Positions 24,995-36,116 of a DNA stretch of 64,000 nucleotides are shown one piece after another. Origin of the DNA: Lophium mytilinum. Its lineage: Eukaryota. The DNA lies in the NCBI GenBank assembly GCA_010093605.1, contig MU004195.1:930001-994000 (forward strand), read 5' to 3'. Numbering within the stretch: the stretch's first letter is position 1; each line of letters starts with the position of its first letter. The translations under genes and the position numbers were made by a program. Below the pieces are notes generated by a model. It worked only from the letters and a program-made list of their open reading frames with translations. It had not been told where the DNA came from and ran no database searches.

Positions 24995-26062
24995 ATGCCT
25001 CGACTCGACCACTCCCTCGAGTCCCGCAAGTACTACGACAGTTCACGAAGAAACGCATTAGGGTTAGGCGGCCTCCAAATCACCTCATTCCGCAAAATCG
25101 CTCGCAAAAGTATCAGCTCAATACAATCACTTCAGTCACTCTCATTAAGCAAGAAAAAGAAACCATCTCGTTCAAAACCAAAAAAAAGTCGAGACAAACC
25201 CACCCCTTCCCAAACCCGTCCTTTACCCACCAACATCTCCGACCTCCCCCCATCCTCAAAACAGCCCCAATCCCCCCTCTTCCGCCTCACCCCAGAACTC
25301 CGCCAACAAATCTACCGCCACGTCCTCGGAACCTCAAACATCCACCTCACCCTCCGCCACGGCGGCCAGCTCCTGCGCCACACGCGCTGCAAATGCCCCT
25401 CCTGCCCCGGCACCGTCAAGTACCGCGACCGCGTGCACCCGGCGTGGACCCTGGACTGGCAGTGCGACAGCGCCACGTACGACTACGGCGGCGCGCTCGC
25501 ATCTCCGCAGCTGCTGCGCACCTGCCGAGCCGTGTATGCCGAAGCGATCGAGTTCCTCTACTCTGCGAACGTCTTCAGTTTCCGTTCGCAGAAGACGCTG
25601 GCGCGGTTTTTGGCGGACGTGGCGCCGGAGAAGCTGGCGCTTGTAAGAGTCGTGCATCTCGACGTCGTGCCGTGTCAGAATGCGACGAGTCTGGGCTATC
25701 ATCATGAGATGGAGTGCGCGTTCAGTGCGATACGCGTGGCGGCAAGGCTGCCTGGGTTGCGTGAGTTGGAGGTTAGGGCGCATGCGGCGGAGAAGAGTGT
25801 GCAGCCGGCTGGGGTGGGGTATCATCGGGAGGATACGCTGCCGTATCAGTTGCTAGCAGTAAGGAAGAGGGTGTTTGAGAGGGGAGGGCTGGAGGGGGCG
25901 ACGCGACTGAAGGTGTATTTGCCGCCGGGAGTTGATGCGATGGTTAAGTGGATGAGGGAGGAGGGGTCGTATGAAGTGGAGGAGCTTGAGGAGTGGGAGT
26001 GGTCGAAGGGAAGGGACTTGTATCAGTGGAAGGTGGAGAGTGAGCCTGGGGGATGTCGTTGA
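24995..26062 (+). CDS. Fungal F-box-like / DUF7730-type protein
   Basis: QPQSPLFRLTPELRQQIYRHVLG and LLRTCRAVYAEAIEFLYSANVFSF are motifs typical of this expanded fungal family. Strong codon bias. Confidence 0.75.
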   Translation: MPRLDHSLESRKYYDSSRRNALGLGGLQITSFRKIARKSISSIQSLQSLSLSKKKKPSRSKPKKSRDKPTPSQTRPLPTNISDLPPSSKQPQSPLFRLTPELRQQIYRHVLGTSNIHLTLRHGGQLLRHTRCKCPSCPGTVKYRDRVHPAWTLDWQCDSATYDYGGALASPQLLRTCRAVYAEAIEFLYSANVFSFRSQKTLARFLADVAPEKLALVRVVHLDVVPCQNATSLGYHHEMECAFSAIRVAARLPGLRELEVRAHAAEKSVQPAGVGYHREDTLPYQLLAVRKRVFERGGLEGATRLKVYLPPGVDAMVKWMREEGSYEVEELEEWEWSKGRDLYQWKVESEPGGCR

Positions 26063-26616
26063 CCGCGGACGTCGTTGAACTGGGATGCGTTGGGATGGGA
26101 GTGATGCGACTAAAGATTTCGAAATGGGGAGTATAAAACCATAGTTTGTGGGTTGTTCCGTCGAGGTAGGCTGTAGAGCCCTCATAGGAAGCCATGGCAT
26201 CGACAAGCGTAGAATACAGACAGTGATACCCCTTTACTTATTCGAGGACTCCCGTGCACAAGCCCGTGCCGCCTTCTAAGTAAGTCACATCTCTCTAACT
26301 ACCGATTAAGAAATGGCCTCGTGCGAATATTACCATTTCAAAGCCAGTTTGTTCGGGACATTCCATTTATATATGTAGATGCTGTTCATAATCATAACGT
26401 AACTACCAACCCAAATTGCCCCGACAATACCTACGTCCACTCCGTCCATCTATATGCTATATCTCCCCCCCCACACACACGTTGCGCCATACCCATGAAA
26501 TGCTCGCCTGAATCCAAACACGAAGTACACATGATATACGAGAACCGCCACTGTATACCACTCTCCATCTTCCAAACCATTAACAAGTCCCTCAGACACC
26601 ACCAAACACTGCTCAC

Positions 26617-29600
26617 TCACACCGCTCCACTCCTCAACGCCGCAAACGCACTAATCATCGCCGGCGTCACATGAATCGCCAACGGCGCCGCCGCCGTACT
26701 CGAAAACAAAAACACATACCTCACCATCACAGTCCCAGGATCTTTAATCACATGAATACCCGGAGAGACACTATTCCCGTTGCCCGCGAGCTCACACCCC
26801 AGCAACACACGATGATTGTGGAAGCTCGAGTTCCGCCATGACGCCTGCAGCGGCGAATACGAGAACGACGTCCCCGGATCCTCAGCCATGTAGATTCCGT
26901 TCCCATGGGCCGCGCCTGTGCGTTGGAGCGTCGTCCCGCTGCAGATCTTGAGGCCTTGGGAGAGGATCGCGGGCAGGCGGTCGAGGGACGTGCCGTGGAA
27001 GAGGACCTTGGTGGTGCCGTTGCGGCCGACGCGGGTGGCGAAGGCGGCTTCAAGTTCGGGCGCGGCGTTGGCGAGAACGAATTGGTGGACGCCAGGCATA
27101 TTAGGGATCTTCAGGATGCCAGAGGTGGATGCAAGATAGCCGCGGTAGCTGCTCAATACCCACGTGATGAGTTGCTCAGCGGAGCTATGGGAGGCGCGGA
27201 GAGCGGTGGAGACGTCTATAGCCTTCCAGTTTGTGGATGTCATGGCCGGGAGGGCGTTTAGGATGGTGGTTACGGTGGGTAGGCTACTGACGGCGCAGCC
27301 AGGGAGGAGGTCAGCGCGGCCGGATTGCGCTGCGGCGAAGACCCCAAAGAGCAGCATGTCGACGACGTTGCGGTCGGTGCGGATGTCGGTAAGGCGGACA
27401 TCGGCGCCTGCACGATTCCAGACGGTGGTGCAAACTGCTTTTTGGCAGGCGATAGGCCGGCGGAGGCGAGCCTGACGGGCTCCATGGGGCGCTCCACAAA
27501 CGATGCAGCTGTAGGCGAGATCGTTGATTTGCTGGGTGATGTATTTATGAATGTTTTGTAGAGAGGTGTATCCAGAGTTTTTCAGATGGCGTGCTACTAT
27601 GCGAGATAGTTGCCAGGTCATACGGGTGCTACGTCCGTGGCAAGAAGGCCTTTCAGGCTCGGCAGCCTCTCGAAAGACCACCCAGGGGTAGTGTTCATCT
27701 AATGATTCCGCGACCTTGTCGTCTCCGAGGTGTATGCAGAAGCCTGGCGGAAGGTCTCCAATGGTGTCTATGACCAGTCGTACAATCACGCTTTGTGCCT
27801 CGCCAGCTCCTAGAGCAGCCTTCTCAAGATCCGAAAGATGGCTGATTGGGAAGCTCATCTCGACCTCTTGATCACCATATCGCTCAATCAGATCCATCAG
27901 CTCTGACGGTAAGTCGTCAAACTCATCGTCCAAGGGAGACGAGTCTTCAATTCCTAGAGATGCCAGTAAAGCCGCAGTCCCTTTCGGGTCTCGCGCTTTG
28001 AGTCCTCCTCGAAGACTATCCAGACGTGTCGCTTCTTTCAATACTTCTGCCACCTGTGCCTCAATATAGGCCGCCGCAGCCTCCACTTTCTCATTCGATT
28101 GCACCTCGCTAACTTCTAAATGAAGTACTGTAGCAAGTGCTTTTACGGCCTCTTTATCATCTTTCTCCAGGTCCTGGATCCAACCGGTCAGGAAGACTTC
28201 TACTATAGCGGCAGGCGTTTCCTGGTGTAAGTCTATTAGACCTTGGTAGACTTCAACGCCTTCGGGAGAGCTAGTACTCAAAGCGCAGATGGCCTTGGAG
28301 ACATCGGTAACATTATCTCCATTTTCAACTAAGCGTTGGATGGTCCAATACATCGGAGTTTCGTAGAGGCTTCCCTGGTGCATGTATTTCTTGACGGAAT
28401 CCAGGATGCGAGTCAGATCCGCACGGTCCGTTTCTCTGCCAAATAATATGCAACGGAGTGGCGGTGCTCCCTTTTGGTCGGGTGAAATTAACATTTTTTC
28501 CAGATGTGTAATTACGGGGACATAATCGGCGAGACAATGGGCCCAAGTGTGGAGAGCTGGCTGCAATGGGGCGGGAGAGATCGAGGTCGATGTAGGGATG
28601 ATGTCGCCAAAGATAGTGCTGAGGTTCCAAAGTAACTGAAGCCATTCTTTTGCTCTGAGTTTTTCAAGCGCAAATGGAAGTATGGCATCGTCTCGTTGCT
28701 CGATGTATTGAAAGAGAATCCACCGCCAGCATTCGACGATGTCAGCATCATCAATCTTAGCCAAAAGATCAACTAAGATAATGCATGCGCTGTCCGGATC
28801 TTTCTGGTGTTTCCACATGCAGGCGCCCAAATTTTCAGCAGTGGTGTTAGTTAGAATCATTACCTGGTCCAAGCATCGGGTGCGAAGATCAGTCTCTATT
28901 GCCGCATTTCCGGCCACTAGGAGGCTTAATCCGCGCCGAGGCGAGTCGGAGGCTGTAGCTTTCCATATCAGAGTCAGGGAGTCTAGCAATTTGGCGGAGG
29001 GAGCGTCCAGTCTGCCGGGCTTGATGAGACGATCCATAAAGAACATATCGATGACCTGGGTCAAGGGAACAGGTGTAGCTTTCTTTAAGTTATCACCTCG
29101 AGACTCGGCTCTTATCTCAAGTAAAGTAAGAGTATGAGCTTCGGATGGCCAGGCACTCAGCAGAGTGCGAAGAGATACATCGAGGAGCGGGTGTAGTGTA
29201 GAGGCATCTTGTGCAGTTTTGCCGAACTTCTGTAGCTCGAGGATGATTCTTGTGCTCGGGCTGCCATCGGTGAGTGACTTGTGGACCCGAACTTGCATCT
29301 CATGAATACAATTCTGTACGCCTTTCGTGATATAAGGGCAAAGGACACCACGAAGAAGTTCGCTGCTCGGATCCTCGAGGGCTGGGAGCAGTCTATTCAT
29401 GGATTCCCACTGGTTTTGGCCAAGTTGGTCTCTATCGGTGACAACTTTTAACACAGATGGAATGACCGAAGGGTCCGCAAGTTTACTGGTTCCTATTAGT
29501 ATCTGGAGAGCTTCCTGGGTGACATGCTTTCCTGCGCAAAGGTGCACAAAAAGCTCGATCGAATCCATTCCAGCCTTGCACACAGTCTCAAGACAAGTTG

Positions 29601-30973
29601 AGAGCCGATTGAGGATAGTCTTAAATTCATCAGCCGTCTGAGTCTTGACTTCGATGCTGAGTGTCCCATAGCGCACGTGCGTCTGGCTGATCTCGGTGAT
29701 GCAAGTTACAAGGGCCTCCCTTATCGACGAATATCTTTTACCCAAGAAGTCGGGACCCTCGAGTGCCAGCATGTCGTGGAGAACACCTCTTGTGTGGCTA
29801 GGGAGGCTCTCTAAGAGACGTAGTCTATCCAGGTCCGGTTTCCACAAGGCCCATATCCTCCAGCTAGGCAGTTGGCTGTCCAAAAGCTGTTCCGGCCCCA
29901 GACTATGGGACGGTGGCGAAGGATTGTTGAGCAGTTTTGAAAGCCATACCACGGCTGCATGTGCGGCTACCCATTGATTTTTCAACTTGAAGCCTTCTAA
30001 GCTAGAAGCAAAGTCGACCAGAGCCCTGCGAGTTAAAAAGGCGAAGTTAGGCAGAGACTGGAGGTTCTGCAAGGATTTGTCCCTCAGAATGTTGGTGACC
30101 CCATCAAGGAATCGCACTGCGGCTTGTGGACCGGGAGAGGCGTAAGGGACCAACCCTCTCGCCCACCTGGCCTCTAGATCCGACACTGTGCCGAGCTGCC
30201 CTCGATAGTTGACTGCGATTAGGGACTGAAGATACGCATATAGACCGTAATAGGTGACTGGAGCGACGTTGGTCTCAACGTTGAGCAGGATTCGCAGGGC
30301 CTGCGAGGACATGGCAAATGCACACGCGGCGATAGCGACATCTCGGTCATCATAATCGTCTACCAACGCAGCGAGCTTGAAATCGCGTTCCGCTGGGGTG
30401 ATTTTCCCTTTTTTCTTCAGATAAAGATCTGTGTGGGCTTGAAGTTGGTCCCACGGGAAATTGGGGCTCGAAGGGTGCTCGTGGTTCGCCGTGGCGGTGA
30501 CCTTCGATCAGTTAGCTTTGCGCAGTTATGAAAGAAGAAACGAAGTTACCTGAATCTTCCAGCCATCGCTCTTTCTCTTGCCGAATAAGACCATCGGTCA
30601 CTTTTGATTCGGTGCCACTAAACAATCGTTGCGAATTTGCCCAAGATTGGCGAGATTTTTTACATAGATATCCTTGAGTAATTGGAATTGATTGCTCCCA
30701 GGCGCAGTAATAAGATCTCGTGAATAGTATGCAAATTGAAGCCTCTGCGGTCCTGTGGTATTTTTTACCTAGGTTTCGCGGGAGAACGGGAGCAGAGTTC
30801 CGAAGGTAGCCTTGTCCAAAAAGAATGAATGTTCCAGCAAAGGAAAGTCCTGCGACCACGGTAGTAGAATATGCACACGTTTCGTACCACAAAGACGCAG
30901 AGGTCGAGAGAACTCCAACCAGAGAAATAGAAAGGCAAGATATCAGGCGTTTGACCAGGCTGCTAAACACCAT
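26617..30973 (-). CDS. Large PARP6/PARP8-like (mono-)ADP-ribosyltransferase with hydrophobic N-terminus
   Basis: C-terminal LFHGTSLDRLPAILSQGLK...HGNGIYMAE...VLLGCE...IHVI and a Cys motif CIVCGAPH...RRPIACQKAVC. The upstream exon from ATG 30973 joins in frame through an intron at about 30504-30549 to the 1249-aa ORF. Confidence 0.85.
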
Positions 30974-31807
30974 GCACTAGCGCATGAGGCTGTGCGGAGG
31001 CTGAAGTTCTCTAGTCGAAGCCTCACAGAAGCCGGGCGATTTCTCCAAAGAATCCGTGCGTACTTCTAGAAGCGATGCAGAAGGCCGGATGAGCAGTTTT
31101 GTCGGGTTAAGCGGCACTGGGACATGCTGCGCATCTCCACGTAGACGCTCCCAAAAGTGCCTCGCGCCAAGTCTCTTGAGTTGAGGTCCGTGAAGTACGA
31201 AACAGCCAATGAATCGCCACCAACCTCGCTCACCCTCGACTGCGCTGGAACAGGGGCCAATCTACGCGGTCAGTCAAAGTGCATTAGCTTGGGGGCCGCT
31301 TCTTCTTGGGAACGATAACGTCAAGGGTGGGCGTCTCAGCCTTGGCGGTCTCCTGTCCACTTTAATGCGGCCACGTGAGCGCGTGTTGAAGGTGCATAGG
31401 TGGCTAGGCGCACAGTCCACAAGCGTGGTCTCCCAAGGCTGATACATAGCGATTCCGTGGGTGGCAGGTGGTGATGCAGGAGGCAGAATCTTAGGCCGGT
31501 CGGATAGCCCAGGAGCGAGAAGCCAAGCCGATTTAGTCACTAGTGGTACTCACAGTGTCCTTTATCGACTAAGAGCACATTACGAATTCAAAAGATTTCA
31601 CAAAGTCGCAGATGTACAAATGTTGATAAGAATGTCTCAACTTCCAGGGCTTAAGCTGTCGAACTGTTATGCCCGCCTCAATAATTCCAAGATGTTTACC
31701 AGTTCGCCGCCCCCCGAGGTTCATTAGTCGTAAATGATCCTTGCCCGATCAACCCGAATCTATGGTATCTACATAATCCCAAGGAAGCAAAAGGCGCTCC
31801 CAGGACC

Positions 31808-33379
31808 TTACATCACCGCACACTTCTCTTCAGCTGCTGTGGCAGGTGCTCCGCGATTCTGGCGCAGATGTTGGGCAGCTTGGTTGATAAAGTCGCCCGT
31901 CTTATGGAAGCAGACTCGATTTCCCTTCGCATCGAGCACAGCCTCGCCAATGGAGAAGTCATAGGACTGACCCGTGTGGCTGTCTCGAGCCGGGCATCGA
32001 AGCCCATTGAGCGCCTTTTGTTCAGCCTCAGGCACTACATAGGGTCAGCCTCTCGCACGTTCTCAATTGGGAAGGTGGAACTTACAGGTCGCGCAGTACG
32101 CCATGAACTCGTCTATAGCATGACGGCTAGGTAGCTGGTCGCTGCTCTGATCCTCCAGGAGAACCTTGCCCAACTTGTCGAGGTGATCGATGGTAGAAGG
32201 TCGAACGCCTTTCGACATCTCGTGCTGCTCGATCGCTAATGCTTTCAACCGCTCACCGGCTGGGTGCTGTACTATTGCACGAATATCCTTCGGCGTGAAC
32301 ATCTGCCTGCTCAGAGGGTTGCGCATGATACCGCCATTAGCAGTAATAGCCTGGGCCAGTTCGTCCATATCCCACGCATACCCGTCTTCGGTAACCCAGA
32401 AGTTGGCTCGTTCGATATCCACAACTCGGTCCCCTAGCATAGTTTCATCATTGACGTAGCTGCGTGTATGTAGAATCTCATGCTCCGCATGCATGAGCGC
32501 CGTTTCAGAATGCTCTTGCATATTCTCGGGCAGAGCGGCGGCCAGCGCGCGAACGCGCTTGACGAGAGCCTCCCGGATAGCATCGTTGTCCATCCCAGAG
32601 GGTTTTCCATGAGGCGCTCGAAGCCATCGTATCATATCCTCGAGATCGATGACGGCAATCTCAATTGCGTCATCTGGCTTTGCTTGCATATTCCGAGCTA
32701 CTGCACGGGCGCTACTAGGTCCTTTGGATCCGGCGACAGCACGCAGCCGGCCATCGACAATGGCTTTGACTGCAGAGTCGTCTGTACGCGCCGGTGTAAT
32801 GCCGTTTTGGTGTTGTAGTGCCCGGATGTGAAGGAGGTCTCCCAACAGGCCTTTTGCTCGACTTTGGAGCTTTTTGTAACTTTGCGAGAAATCTTGCTTC
32901 GCGGGTTCTATATTGGCTGGTAACTTGACCGGTGGAGGCGCGGAGATTTTGATAGCTTGAGGCACTTTGGGGGCTGCTGGAGCTGGCGCCTTTGCCGTCT
33001 TCTTGGTGAGCATAGTGACCCAGGTTTTGACATCAGCATCTCCAGGAGAAAGCTGCTTCAACTCTTTGACATTGTCATTGGCGGCATCGAGCCATCCGAC
33101 CGCGATGTATTGCTCGACGAGTAGCTTCCTCGCTTCGATTGCTGGTGGATTTCTTGAGATCTCCTCAAAGAGCTCGCCGATTAGAACCATATCAGGCTCG
33201 CCAGCTGCGCCCGCCGGAGCGGCCATCGCTTTAACTACATTATCTATTAGTATTGAGTTCCTCGTCTGCGTTACTAGTGGTGCCTGGTTCCCGGCAAATT
33301 TGGAAACTGTTGGCGTGGCCATTATTGGTCTTGTCGGGGCCGTCGGACTTGTCGGGGTGACCTTCGTGGGCTTTGACAC
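31808..33379 (-). CDS. Conserved-looking fungal protein with TPR-like segment, U-box/RING-like motif and C-terminal CaaX box (start uncertain)
   Basis: The 438-aa ORF splices through intron 32035-32085 to an exon ending ...AEEKCAVM*. Motifs: ARKLLVEQYIAVGWLDAANDNVKELKQLSPGD (TPR-like) and EDGYAWDMDELAQAITANGGIMRNPLSRQMFT. Confidence 0.75.
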
Positions 33380-34223
33380 GCCGGGGGGTGTTGTCCTCGT
33401 GGTAGGCGACTTCCTCAGATGACCACGTCCATGAAGCTGACAGAGAGGTGCATGTTTCCCAGAATGTGTTCAAAAGATACTCAGACCTAGAGTCTGAACG
33501 CACAGCACAGCCGGTGCGTTGTCTTGATGGGCGAATACGAAAGCGACCGAAACTGAACCTTGGTACAGCACACGAATAAGAACAGTCTTACCGTGGAACC
33601 AGATCAATTATAGCACAACCCGAAGATAGTGTTACCAACTTTGAAGACAAGGTACAAGAATTGCGACGCGCCAGACTCGATAGCCTCGGCGGGGTAATTG
33701 ATGGCAAGGCTGTTAAGAAGTGTGATGAAGGTAAGAAAGATGAAGCAATGGCATAGACGACCGATCGCTGGATTACATTAATGGCGCCTTCCGATGAATA
33801 AGTCCCATCAGTCATTGCCTATGATCAAGTGCTAAAGAGGTTGATTAGCGGGGAAGGGAGGGCGGTGCAGGGAGAGTTGCGGCCTAGACAGGGCGTGAGG
33901 CTGAGGTTGTCGCTCTGGCCAGTGGATTGAGGCGCAAGTCGGTTGGCACCCTGAAAGGCAGAATCTGTAGCCTTGCGACTCGGAAGGGTACTATGGTGGT
34001 GAATAGTTGGTACGATTATCAGTATTAGGACGGTAGGGACAGACTGGACAGAAATGATATGCTTTTAGATAGGGACGGGGAATTATCACGTGATCTGGCA
34101 ATATTCAGGCATCAATATCAGGCCGTCGGCCAAACGTATGAACGTATGAATTCTCTTTCTCTAAGTCTAAGTACTACTGATGATGCTGCTTAACAAGGAA
34201 TCTAAGTCTAGGATATTCGCAAA

Positions 34224-35424
34224 TCACCAAAGTATGTCAGCAAACTTTCCCAGAACCCCATTCTTCCCCCCATCGAACTCGTCATGCAACCCATCCAACT
34301 GTCCAAACATCTCTGCAAACTTCAATCCTCTCCGCCTCTCAGCCTCGATAGTATCCCAGTTCCACTCCTTATTATCATTGTCTTCCGGCAGTATCGCGTC
34401 ATCCAAAACCGTGCCATTACTTTCATCACTCCCCTCCTCCCCGTTGTAAATCCACCCCTCCGGCTTCGGCGGCAACATCTCACTCCTCAACAGCACCACC
34501 TCCGGCGGAATCGTCAGCCTTCCTTTCTTCGTCACATACTTCGCAATACTGCTCGCAAACACCGCACCCCTCAGCTTCTCCATCCTCTTCTGCTCCTCTT
34601 CCTTCGCTTCCCCATTGCCCAAGGCCCCATTTTGCTCCCTTTTCTCGGACCCATACCCCCTCCGTCCCGGTTGTAGCGTATAATGTTTCGGTCTCGCGAC
34701 CCCCGGCTTGACCATATGGCTCACCATATACAACCACTTCTGATCCCAGCATAGCACTCTTGTCCAGATCTCAAATTTCTCGTACGGCTTGATCTCCCGC
34801 TTGAAATGGCAGCTGACCGCGCCCAATGCGAAGAAATCCTTCCCCTTAGTCGCGAGCTCGGCAGCGCTCGGGGGAAAGGTGGAGTGTCTCTGGGCGACGC
34901 TTTTACGGAACCCCGTGCGGATGATCTGGGAGACGAGGTGGGTACGCGAGATGTCGAAGTCGGAGAAGTAAGTTGAGTTGCTCTTGTGTAAGTTGAAATC
35001 CGTCTCCGTGATCGGAGAGTAGGTGGACATTATCGAGGGTTCGAAGAGGGACTGGGGGGTCAGTTTGGGCGCGGGAAAGTATAGGTGGGCGAAGTAGGAG
35101 CGGAAGAAGCGCCACTATGGGTGAGGGTTAGTGGAGCCATGGCATGACGCGTGTAAACAAGAGGGACAGAATAGGGGGGGGGGGGTTCTTGAAGGGGCGG
35201 TCCAGATGAAATGGAAAGAGACGTACATGCCACATCAGCGGGAAATTCTTGATGTTCGCAAGGACCATGAAGATCGCGAACGCGCGCCAGGCGCCTCCTG
35301 GGGCATTGAGTCCCAAAGTCCGGGAGACATAACTCCTCAGCGCGGGCTGTGTTACTAACGCGACGAGAAAGCTGCCCAAGCCAGTCAAACTGACGACTTG
35401 AGGCAATCTATGGAGGCTTGGCAT
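34224..35424 (-). CDS. Thioesterase-like (HotDog fold) protein
   Basis: MPSLHRLP...LANIKNFPLMWH|WRFFRSY...ITETDFNLHKSNSTYFSDFDISR...GAVSCHFKREIKPYEKFEIWTRVLCWDQKWLY. One intron at about 35115-35226. Confidence 0.82.
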
Positions 35425-36116
35425 TGCTAGGGGGGAGGTATTCGAGGTACACAAAGAAGGGACAGGCGCCTGCGCCCAGGGAAGTAGATATCTAAAAGAC
35501 TGACACAGGATGAGAGGCCACGCAGGGTCCACATTCACGTTCACTTCTGCCGACCCCTGCTCGTGCCGAGGTTCGGATGGTGGGTTTATCCGCATCCGCT
35601 ATTCAAAGCTTCGCCGTGTAAGGAAGTCAACTAAACTCGCTGGGGGATAGTTTGCGACACTGCGATAGTTGAGTAATCACTATATGGATCCCCTCGGCAT
35701 ATATATAAGGGATGCCTTTCGAATAGGAAATGGTAAATCCACTTAAGCCCCAAAAGCATTTAGCTTACGGACGAAAAAGGCTTTGATACTGATTTAGGCC
35801 AATCGCAGTCCGGATTGTGCCGGATAGTGCAAAAGTGGTAAACTAGTGGAACCGATAGCAATCGAATGAATCGGGGAACACTCGAGTGAATCTGAAGAGA
35901 CTGGAGTTACACATTGCGCGTTTGCAAATATTAGAGCGAGGAAGACATCACGACTTCATAGGATATACACTTCGAATGAATTACAATTGCTAGTCTCTAA
36001 CTTCGCTCTAACGCTCGTTATACAACCTTATCTTAACCGCACCCTCCCCAATCCGCCCAAACCTCGCTTTTCCAATGATTCACCGTCTTCTTTACGATGA
36101 TGTTACCCTGAAATCC

